Shown here: positions 41,501-50,781 of the stretch, in pieces | Position numbering within the stretch: the stretch's first letter is position 1 | Layout: the number at the start of each line of letters is the position of its first letter | Source of the DNA: an uncultured Acidobacteriota bacterium | Lineage (GTDB): Bacteria > Actinomycetota > Acidimicrobiia > Spongiisociales > ZC4RG35 | Length of the DNA stretch: 64,000 nt | Reading direction: 5' to 3' | Assembly: GCA_963828465.1 (NCBI GenBank) | Contig: CAWHEU010000022.1 | Location: forward strand, 347,400 to 411,399 | Program-made: the position numbers and the translations under genes | The notes under the pieces: generated by a model | Databases searched by the model: none | What the model saw: the letters and a program-made list of their open reading frames with translations, nothing else | Told to the model about the DNA's origin: nothing

Positions 41501-42563
41501 CGGGGTCCTCGACCTTCTCCGGCCCGTAGTACAGCCAACAACGAACCTTGTGCCCCTCCTCTACTTCCCGCAGGTCGGGCTCGATCTCGGTACAGATCTG
41601 CAACGCATTCTCGACTCGCGGGATGCACCTCGGAGCGAAGCGGCAGCCCTTGGGGAGGTCGATCATCGAGGGCACTACCCCGGGGATCACATCGAGCTGG
41701 TCCCGGAGCGATCCCAGCACCGGGATGGATCCGATCAGCCCCTTGGTATATGGGTGCAGCGGGTTCCTGAAGATCGAGCGGACATCGGTCTCCTCGACGA
41801 TCTCGCCGGCGTACATGACCGATACCCGGTCGGCCATCTCGGCGACGATTCCGAGATCGTGGGTGATGAGGATGACTGAAGTGTTGGAAGTCTTCTGGAG
41901 GTCCCGGATGAGGTCGAGGATCTGGGCCTGGATGGTTACGTCCAGTGCAGTCGTCGGCTCGTCAGCGATCAACAACTCTGGCTCGCAGGCCAGGGCCATG
42001 GCGATCATGATCCGTTGCGCCATCCCTCCGGACAGCTCGTGCGGGTATGCCTCCGCCCGGCGCTTCGGATCGGGGATCCCGACCTTGGTCAGCATCTCGA
42101 TGACCTTCTCCTCCTCGACTTCGGCGCTCCAGTCACGGTGGAGCTCGAAGACCTCCTTGATCTGCGCACCCGCCCGGTAGACCGGGTTGAGAGCAGAGGT
42201 CGGTTGCTGGAAGATCATCGACATGTGCTCGCCGCGCAGGGCTCGGACCTCGTCGGCCTTCATCCTGGCGATGTCCTTGCCGCCGAAGAGGATCTCTCCG
42301 GCAACCACCTTCCCGGGGTGCGGGATCAGGCCCATGATCGAGAGCGAGGTCACCGACTTCCCGCATCCCGACTCTCCGACCAGGCCCAGGACCTCTCCGC
42401 GCTTGACATGGAAGTCGGCGCCGTCGACGGCTTTGACCACACCCTGCCTCGTGTCGAAATGGGTCTTGAGCCCTCGTACCTCGAGGAGAACTTCGCCTGC
42501 AGGCACCGGCAAGGGTGCGTCTGTATCTATGGCGCTCTCCGGGAGGGGTCGGGCCGCACTCAC
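41493..42563 (-). CDS. peptide ABC transporter ATP-binding protein (DppD/OppD-like)
   Basis: Walker [17 protein letters not shown]. Confidence 0.88.
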   Translation of the reverse strand: MSAARPLPESAIDTDAPLPVPAGEVLLEVRGLKTHFDTRQGVVKAVDGADFHVKRGEVLGLVGESGCGKSVTSLSIMGLIPHPGKVVAGEILFGGKDIARMKADEVRALRGEHMSMIFQQPTSALNPVYRAGAQIKEVFELHRDWSAEVEEEKVIEMLTKVGIPDPKRRAEAYPHELSGGMAQRIMIAMALACEPELLIADEPTTALDVTIQAQILDLIRDLQKTSNTSVILITHDLGIVAEMADRVSVMYAGEIVEETDVRSIFRNPLHPYTKGLIGSIPVLGSLRDQLDVIPGVVPSMIDLPKGCRFAPRCIPRVENALQICTEIEPDLREVEEGHKVRCWLYYGPEKVEDPDD

Positions 42564-43491
42564 TTGTTGAGAGTGGGATCGAGAGCATCGCGAAGGCCGT
42601 CACCCATCAGGTTGAAGCCAAGGACAGTGATCATGATTGCGAGCCCGGGGAAGATCATGAGATGGGGGGCGGTGAAGATCCTGTCGCGTTCCTCGGCGAG
42701 CATCGAGCCCCATTCGGGAGTCGGGGGGACGGCACCGAGCCCGAGGAACCCCAGGGCAGCTGCCTCCAGGATCACGGTGGCGATGCCCAGCGTGCCGAGG
42801 ACGACTAGCGGAGTCAGGGCATTGGGGACGACCCGGGTGACGAGAACCTTCCATCGGGATGCGCCCAGGGCCCGGGAGGCCGACACGTAGTCGACCTCCT
42901 TGATCGAGAGCACCGATGCCCTCATCACCCGTGCGTACTGGGGAATGGTGACGATGGCGATGGCGAGCAGCGTGTTGCGGAGGCCAGGACCGAGAACGAA
43001 GACGATGGCGATGGCCAGGATCAGGGACGGGAAACCGAGCACCACGTCCATGATCCGCATCATCACGTTGTCGCTCCACCCTCCTGCATATCCGGCGATC
43101 GCACCGATCACGGTCCCGATGACGATCGTGATGAGGACGGTCGTGAAACCGAGGGGAAGGCTCACCCTGGCCGCATAGATGACCCTGCTGAAGAAGTCCC
43201 TGACATTTCCGTCCAGCCCGAATATGTGCTGGGTCCCCTCGCACCCGAAGGCGTTGATGCAAGGGGGCAACCACCTCTCCGCTCCGGGCTGCCCGATGAA
43301 GTTCTCGTAGGGGTCGTAGGGGGCGATGAGCGGGGCGAATAAGCGACCAGGATCATGAAGCAGACCAGGATCAACCCCACGATCCCGACCTTCCGCTGAA
43401 AGAAGCGCCGTAGGACAATCCGCCACATCGAGCCCGGCTGCTCGAGCAGAGCCTCAGGGTCGGGCACGGTGATATCGGGCCGTAGCGTCAT
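42560..43491 (-). CDS. peptide ABC transporter permease (DppC-like), -1 frameshift near 43340
   Basis: N-terminal helix in ORF 43162-43491 (RRFFQRKVGIVGLILVCFMILVA) continues as LFAPLIAPYDPY in ORF 42560-43426. TT vs TTT at the join. Confidence 0.8.
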
Positions 43492-44567
43492 TCCAGCCTC
43501 ACTCTCGGGTCCAGATAGCCATAGGAGACGTCAACCAACAAGTTCACGACCACATAGGTGGTGGCGATGATCAGGGTGAAACCCTGGATGATGGGGAAGT
43601 CCCTGGCGGTGATCGCCTCGAAAAGGGCTGTGCCCACTCCGGCCAGCCCAAATACCGTCTCGGTGAGCACGGCGCCGCCGAGCAGCAGCCCCAGCTGGAG
43701 CCCGATGATGGTCACGACCGGGAGCATCGCATTGCGGAGGGCGTGCCTTCTCACAACCTTTCGCTCGATCGCTCCCTTGGCCCGGGCGGTGCGGATGTAA
43801 TCGCGGCCCAGTACGTCGAGGAGCGATGACCGGGTCATCCGGGCGATGATGGCCATGGGAATCGTTGCCAGTGTGATGGCGGGGAGGATGAGGTGCTTGA
43901 ACCCGTCCCAGAACACCGCCCATTGGGCGCTGATCAGGGCGTTGGTCACCGTCATGTAGGAGACGAACTCGGCGGCGGTCGCCACGAATCCCTCCTCGGC
44001 GATCTCCCAGCCCCACACCTCGTAGAACGGGAGTCCGCGGTTTCCCGGGCTGAGCGACCCGCTGGGCGGCAAGGCGAAGATCGTGCCCGACAGGACGACG
44101 GCGAACAGATAGGCGAGCAACAAACCAAGCCAGAAGATGGGCATGGAGACGCCGACATTGGCGAAGGCCATCGCCGCCACGTCGACGCCCGAGTTGTGTC
44201 GCCGTGCTGCGGCGATTCCGAGCGGGATTCCGACGATGATCGCCACACTCAGTGCGGCGATGGTGAGCTCGAGCGTCACCGGAAGCCGCTCGATGATTAT
44301 CTGGGTGACCGGCCGGGAGAAGCGGATCGACTCTCCGAGGTCACCGCTGATCACGTTCCCGAAGTAGATGCCGAGTTGGACGATGATCGGCTCGTTGAGG
44401 CCGTTTGCCTCATTGAATCGCTCACAGGCCTCGGCCGTCGCCCTCTCGCCAAGGATGGCGGTGCACGGTTCTCCAGGGAGCAGCCGGACCAGCAGGAACA
44501 CGAGGAGCAGGACCCCGATCAGGACGGGTATCGCGACCAGGATGCGGCGCAGGATGTATCCGATCAT
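43488..44567 (-). CDS. peptide ABC transporter permease (DppB-like)
   Basis: BPD transport-system inner membrane component; N-terminal MIGYILRRIL. Confidence 0.88.
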   Translation of the reverse strand: MIGYILRRILVAIPVLIGVLLLVFLLVRLLPGEPCTAILGERATAEACERFNEANGLNEPIIVQLGIYFGNVISGDLGESIRFSRPVTQIIIERLPVTLELTIAALSVAIIVGIPLGIAAARRHNSGVDVAAMAFANVGVSMPIFWLGLLLAYLFAVVLSGTIFALPPSGSLSPGNRGLPFYEVWGWEIAEEGFVATAAEFVSYMTVTNALISAQWAVFWDGFKHLILPAITLATIPMAIIARMTRSSLLDVLGRDYIRTARAKGAIERKVVRRHALRNAMLPVVTIIGLQLGLLLGGAVLTETVFGLAGVGTALFEAITARDFPIIQGFTLIIATTYVVVNLLVDVSYGYLDPRVRLE

Positions 44568-44643
44568 TTCCTCTGTCCGGAGCGTAGAACGGGGGGAGGC
44601 GCTGGTGCGCCTCCCCCCGTCATCAGTCAGAGTGATCAGAGCG

Positions 44644-46369
44644 TCATCCAGCCGCTGTCGTCGTGGGCGGCGGGTTGATCAGGCCACCCCAGAGGGCAGC
44701 CGGGTATTCGAACACTCCGGTGTTGCCGGTGTGCAGCGGGTTTGCTCCATCGAGCAAGGCGGACCATGAGGCGACCACGTCGTTGGCATCGAACGGAGAG
44801 CCGTCATGGAAGGTGACACCTTCGCGCAATGCGCAGGTCCACACCACGCCCTCGGCGTCCGGCACACACTCGGTGGCCAGCTTCGGCACGGCCTGTCCTT
44901 CGAGGTCGTATCCGTACAAGCGCTTCCTGGGTCTGCTGACACGCCGACAGTGATTCACCGTCGGTCTCATCGGGGCAGTAGAGCGAGATCGGCTCGGCGT
45001 TCTGGACGAACACCAGATCGGTGTCGCCCGGATTCATCAGAGCGAACTGTGGCGCACCGAATGGCGGTGTCACCGCTCCCTCCAGAGTGGCGAGCCCGGC
45101 ATTGGCCGCGGCTCCCCAAGCGATCGGAACCATCGGCACATCCTCGACGAGCAGATCGTTGATCTGCGCGTAGATGGGCTGCGCCGCCGCCGGGTCGACC
45201 GTCCCCGATCCCTCGATCACTGCGGCCGTGATGTCCGGGTTCATCACACCGAACTGGACGTTGATGCCACCGAAGTGATAGTCGAGGAAGTTCGTCACGT
45301 GCGGGTAGTCGGCGCCCCAGCCCAGCAGGTGGATGCCCTCCACCTGGCCGGCGGCCGTCGCCTCGATGAACGCGCCTGACTCCATGACCTCGACCGTGGC
45401 CTCGATCCCCAGATTCTCGGACAACTGGGCCCGGATGTCCTCGGCCACCGCCGTCGGCTCCGGGAGATAGACCCGGAACACGTCGCGGAGCGTGATCGTG
45501 GTCTCGAACCCATCGGGGAATCCGGCCTCTGCGAGCAGCGCCCGTGCCGCTTCGGGATCGAAGTCGGGGAACGGTGCGCCTTCACAGCCGTTCTCCAGGA
45601 TGCAAGGCGTGAAGTGGGTGGCCACTGCCGACCCTTCCGGGTAGAAGGTGTCGATGATCCTCTGCCGGTCGATGCCCAGCGCGATCGCCTGCCGCACCAG
45701 CGGGTTGTCGAACGGAGGGAACTGATTGTTGAACCCCGCGTAGAACACGTTCGGGTTGTTGTCGACGAGCAACTGCAGATTGGCATCACCCTCGATGCCG
45801 GCGTAGTCGCTGGCCGCAAGGTTGGTGATGAAGTCTGCATTGCCCGAGGTCAACTCGGTGATCCGCCCGGTGCTGTCCTCACGCCAGCGGAAGACCAGGG
45901 TGTCGAACGCCGGAGCCTCGCCCCAATAGTCGGGGTTCGCCTCGAAGACGATCTCGGAGCCACGTGCCCAGCCCCCTTCGGGGAGCATGAACGGACCCGT
46001 GCCTACCGGATTCTCCAGCGGGGAGCCGCCGGTCGCCTCGAGGTGCTCGGATGGCTGGATGGAGAACGGGACGAACGCAATCTTCACCAGGAATGCCGGG
46101 TCGGCCGCGCACAGGGTGAAGACGACCTCGCTCGGCGAGGTGGCTTCGATCTTGTTGATCTTGCCCCCGTAATCACAACCCCCCGAGTCGAGGGTGAGCA
46201 ATTCCGACGGCGCCTCGGTAGTGGCGACCGATGTGGTCGTCTCCCCGGCTGCCGTCGTCGTTGCCGCTTCCCCCCCGGTGGTTGTCGTCTCGTCGCCACC
46301 CTCGCTGGCACAAGCGCCGGCGATGAGGGCGAGTACTGCGACGAGCGCCAACCAGCGCATTCGTTTCAT
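44644..46369 (-). CDS. family-5 substrate-binding lipoprotein with an apparently circularly permuted domain order; +1 frameshift near 44915
   Basis: Lipobox LIAGAC. After a T/A/G-rich linker the sequence starts at the equivalent of DppA residue about 140 and runs to the family C-terminus (FALMNPG). It then continues directly into the family N-terminal region (DLVFVQNAEPISLY...YGYDLEGQAVPKLA...REGVTFHDGSPFDANDVVAS) before stopping. Confidence 0.7.
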
Positions 46370-46495
46370 ACTTTCTTCCTCCCTTGTTGGGTTAGGTCGC
46401 GGCGAAGGCAGGCCAACCCCGCGACTTCGCCCACGCTACCGGTTTCGATCGGACCGCGCGGCAAGTCTCGGCTACCTGCCAGGCGCTAATTACCC

Positions 46496-48929
46496 TTGAC
46501 CATGATGTCGTATGACCACCAGGCGATCGAAGCGAAATGGCAGGACCGATGGGAGTCGGAGGGCGTGTTTCACACCACCGAAGACTCGACCAGGCCCAAG
46601 TTCTACAACGTGGCCATGTATCCCTATCCGTCGGGGGAGCTGCACATCGGCCACGTCCGCAACTACACCTACATCGACCTGATCACCCGCTACAAGATGA
46701 TGCAGGGCTTCAACGTCTTGAGCCCTATGGGGTGGGACAGTTTCGGGCTCCCGGCCGAGAATCTGGCGATCGAAACCGGCATTCATCCGAGGGTCAGCGT
46801 CGAGGCTCAAATCACCCGAATGAAGGAGCATTTCCGGAAGCTGGGGGCCGCATTCGACTGGAGCCGGGAAGTGGCGAGCCACGACCCTGCCTACTACCGA
46901 TGGGACCAGTGGCTGTTCCTCGAGCTCTACGACCGTGGTCTCGCCTACAAAGCGACCGCGCCCGTCAACTGGTGCCCCAAGGATCAGACCGTGCTCGCCA
47001 ACGAGCAGGTAGTGGATGGCGCCTGTGAGAGATGCGGGACGCTGGTCGAGAAGCGAAACCTCGCCCAATGGTTCTTCAAGATCACCGATTACGCCGATCG
47101 ACTCCTCGATGACCTGGATCATCTCGACGACTGGCCGGACCGGGTCCGCACGATGCAGCGGAACTGGATCGGCCGGTCCGAGGGCGCCCGGTTCAAGATT
47201 CCGATCGACGGCATCGATGCCTCGTTCGATGTGTTCACCACCCGGCCCGACACGATCTTCGGGATGACATTCTGCGTCCTCGCTCCCGAGCACCCACTTG
47301 TCGAGGAGTTGATCTCGGGCACCGACGTCGAGGCCGAGGCCAGGGAGTACATAGCTCGGGCGGCCCGTGAGTCGGAGATCGAGCGTCTCGCCGAGGGCGA
47401 GAAGACAGGGGTATTCACCGGTCGGTTCGCCATCAACCCGGTGGACGGGAAGCCGGTTCCGGTCTACATCGCCGACTATGTGCTGATGGGCTACGGCACC
47501 GGGGCGATCATGGCCGTCCCGGGTCAGGATCAGCGTGACTGGGATTTTGCCGTCAGGTATGGCCTCGACATCGTTCGCACGGTCGACCCGGGCCCTGAAT
47601 GGGAGGGCGAGGCCTTCCTCGGGGACGGGCGGACGATCAATTCCGAGTTCCTGGACGGTCTCGACCGGGCCGGGGCAAAGGAGCGGATCATCACCTGGCT
47701 CGAGGAGCAGGGCATCGGCGAGGGGACGATCCAATACCGGCTCCGTGACTGGCTGATCTCAAGACAGCGTTACTGGGGATGTCCGATTCCGATGGTCGAA
47801 TGCCCCGAATGTGGGCTGGTCCCAGTTCCACGAGATCAGCTTCCGGTGACCCTGCCCGAGGTCGAGGACTATGCCCCGAAGGGACGCTCACCTCTGGCGG
47901 CCGTCGAGGATTGGGTGGCCACGACGTGTGCCCAGTGTGGGGGACCGGCCAGCCGGGAGACCGACACCATGGACACCTTCGTCGACTCGTCCTGGTACTA
48001 CTTCAGGTACACCGACCCCCACAACGTGGAGGCCATCTTCGACCGGGCCAAGGCCGAGTACTGGATGCCACTCGATCAGTACATCGGTGGGGTCGAGCAC
48101 GCGATCCTCCACCTTCTCTACGCCAGGTTCATCACCAAGTTCCTCAATGACATCGGGCTGAGCCCGGTCACCGAGCCCTTCAGGCGGATGTTCACCCAGG
48201 GGATGCTCGTGAAGGACGGGGCAAAGATGTCCAAATCCAAGGGCAATGTCGTTCCACCAGACCGCTATTACCAGGAGTACGGCGCCGATGCCCTGCGCTT
48301 GTTCGAGCTGTTCGTGGGGCCGCCGACCGACGACGCCGTATGGAATGACAGCGGTGTTCCCGGCACGAAGCGGTTCCTCGACCGGGTTTGGAAGATGGGC
48401 ACCGCCGATCATCCCTTCGTGGACCGCGGCAGCGAACGATGACGATGCCGTGCTGATGGCGGAGACGCATCGCGCATTGAAGCGGGTCACCGAGGACATC
48501 AACCGATTCCACTTCAACACCACGGTCTCCTCGCTGATGTCCCTGGCCAACGTGTTCCAGGAGTACCTGGGCCGCTCGCCGGTCGAGAAGACCTTCGACG
48601 AGGCTTACCGGATCATGGTCCTGATGCTGGCGCCCGCCGCACCCCATGTCGCCCACGAGTTGTGGGAGATGAGGGGGATGGGATCGATGCTGGCGGAGGA
48701 ACCCTGGCCCGGGTGGGACGAGTCGCTCGTGGCGGAGTCGACCGTGACCATGGTGGTCCAGGTCAACGGGAAGGTGCGCGACAGGGTCGATGTGCCGGCT
48801 GACATCACCGCCGAGGAGGCGGAGCGGGTGGCGCTCGACCTCGACAAGGTCCAGGGTTGGATCGACGGCGCCGTGGTGCGCAAAGTCATCGCCCGTCCAC
48901 CGAGCGTCATCAACTTCGTCGTGGGGTGA
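46496..48929 (+). CDS. leuS: leucyl-tRNA synthetase, +1 frameshift near 48435
   Basis: HIGH-type class I motifs (PYPSGELHIGH), KMSKS; the C-terminal anticodon-binding part continues in ORF 48246-48929. Confidence 0.88.
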
Positions 48930-48940
48930 ACGCCGGCCAG

Positions 48941-49318
48941 ATGCTGCGTGCTGGTGGGATCGACTTCCTTCGAGTGCGTGTGCTCATTGATCCCGTCGAC
49001 CCGGAATCGGTCCGGGTCCGATCCGCCCCCGGGTTTATGCGCCGTCTCTGGGGCCGTGACATCCGCGCAATGACTTTGGGGAAGACCATCTTCCTCGACC
49101 CGGCTTTGATCACCGCCGTCCAGCAGAGGCCGGGCTTACTCCTCGTCCACGAGTTGGTCCACGTGCGTCAGTGGGGTGAGCTGGGGGTGATCCGGTTCCT
49201 CTGGCGGTATGTGACCGGGTATCTCGGCGGGCGTTGGAAGGGTCTCAGCCACCGCGCCGCTTACCTGGCGATCCCTCTCGAGGTGGAGGCGCGGGTGACC
49301 GCGCGTCTCCTCGAATGA
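48941..49318 (+). CDS. DUF4157-like small zinc-metallopeptidase-motif protein
   Basis: HELVH motif (LVHELVHVRQW); about 125 aa. Confidence 0.55.
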   Translation: MLRAGGIDFLRVRVLIDPVDPESVRVRSAPGFMRRLWGRDIRAMTLGKTIFLDPALITAVQQRPGLLLVHELVHVRQWGELGVIRFLWRYVTGYLGGRWKGLSHRAAYLAIPLEVEARVTARLLE

Positions 49319-49327
49319 CGCCACTGC

Positions 49328-50239
49328 CTATTCGACTACCACTCCATCCAGATCCGGCTCGGGCGGATAAGTCGGATTCATCTGCTCCAGCGCTTTGATC
49401 AAAATGCTCGCCACGGCCAGGTCGCGGTACCACTTACGATCTGCAGGCACCACGTACCACGGCGCATGCTCGCTCGAAGTGCGGCTGAGAGCCTCCTCGT
49501 AGGCGAGGGAGAAGTCTTCCCACAATTTGCGGTCCTCGAGGTCGCCGACGTTGAACTTCCAACGCTTGTCCGGTTCCTTTAGACGGGCCTCGAGACGCTC
49601 CTTCTGCTCCTCTTTCGAGATGTGGAGGAACAGCTTGACCACGGTCGTCCCTTCATCGACCAGCAGCCGTTCGAATTCGACGATGTGGGCGTAGCGCTGA
49701 CGCCAGCGTTGCTCCGGGACCAGGCCCTTCACCCGCACTATCAGGACGTCCTCGTAGTGGGAGCGGTTGAAAATGGCTATCCCGCCGTTCTCCGGGGTTC
49801 GTTGATGGATGCGCCAGAGATAGTCGTGGGCTAACTCCCACTCATTAGGAACGCCGAATCCCCAGACCCGGACCCCCTGTGGGTTGACCCCCTTGAACAC
49901 GCTGCGGATGGTCCCGTCCTTTCCGCCAGTGTCCATTGCCTGAAGGACGATCAGCAGTTTTTGCTTCGACTCGGCCCAGAGACGCGTCTGCAGCTCAGCC
50001 AGTGTCGAGTTCAACGGCTTCAGCGCCTCCTTGCCCTCGGACTTCCCTCCGTCGAAGCCTTCCGTGGAACGGGGGTCCCGGGCGGCGAGGTTGGCCTCGT
50101 TGCCGGGGGGGACCAAATAGGGGGCGATGTCGAGCACGAGGCCGACCCTACCGAACGACCTTCTTCCCTCATCGGCAGCCGATTGGTATCTACGAAGTGA
50201 GTGGAGCGCGGTCGGTGGGGGTCGCAATGGGTCGAACAC
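49328..50239 (-). CDS. polyphosphate kinase 2 family protein
   Basis: PPK2 Walker A LLIVLQAMDTGGKDG; lid region. The start may be internal (the annotated start overlaps the comEA start). Confidence 0.8.
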   Translation of the reverse strand: MFDPLRPPPTALHSLRRYQSAADEGRRSFGRVGLVLDIAPYLVPPGNEANLAARDPRSTEGFDGGKSEGKEALKPLNSTLAELQTRLWAESKQKLLIVLQAMDTGGKDGTIRSVFKGVNPQGVRVWGFGVPNEWELAHDYLWRIHQRTPENGGIAIFNRSHYEDVLIVRVKGLVPEQRWRQRYAHIVEFERLLVDEGTTVVKLFLHISKEEQKERLEARLKEPDKRWKFNVGDLEDRKLWEDFSLAYEEALSRTSSEHAPWYVVPADRKWYRDLAVASILIKALEQMNPTYPPEPDLDGVVVE

Positions 50240-50781
50240 AGACGCTGGCGCTGGGCTTGATCCTCGCCGCCATCCTCGTCGGAGCGGGGCTTGGAGTCAC
50301 AGGAGACACGGCTCCGGTCGAAACGGCGCCAGTGACGGTGGAAACTGCGTCGACGCGTGATCCTGTCTTTCCGGTGTACGTGTCCGGTTGGGTGACGGCT
50401 CCGGGTGTAGTCGAGATGTCCGATGGAGCGATCGTGGCCGACGCAGTCGCCGCGGCCGGCGGCGCCCTGGAGGGGGCATTGCTCGACGCGATCAATCTGG
50501 CCAGGCCCCTGGTCGAAGGAGACCACGTGCAGATCCCGGGGCCCGGCGACTCATTGGCCGCCAGCGGTGGCGGGGAGAGGGATGACGGTCTGATCTCTCT
50601 CAACCAGGCGGATGCGTCGGCATTGGAAGAACTCCCCGGCGTCGGCCCCGTCCTGGCCGATCGGATCGTGGCCCATCGCGAGGCCAATGGGCCATTCGAG
50701 ACGGTTGAGGACCTCCTGGAAGTGCCGGGTATCGGCGAGGCCAAGTTGGCTGCGATGAGAGACTCGATCGCCGTGCCTTGA
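50227..50781 (+). CDS. comEA: competence protein ComEA (helix-hairpin-helix DNA-binding)
   Basis: Signal/TM + SLBB domain + C-terminal HhH LEELPGVGPVLADRIVAHR...LLEVPGIG. Confidence 0.85.
   Translation: MGRTQTLALGLILAAILVGAGLGVTGDTAPVETAPVTVETASTRDPVFPVYVSGWVTAPGVVEMSDGAIVADAVAAAGGALEGALLDAINLARPLVEGDHVQIPGPGDSLAASGGGERDDGLISLNQADASALEELPGVGPVLADRIVAHREANGPFETVEDLLEVPGIGEAKLAAMRDSIAVP

Noticed and set aside
46370-46495. T-box or other riboswitch leader upstream of leuS
   Set aside because: The leader is only about 125 nt, with one GC hairpin (gtcgcgg...ccgcgac). No specifier/T-box consensus (AGGGUGGNACCGCG) is recognisable.
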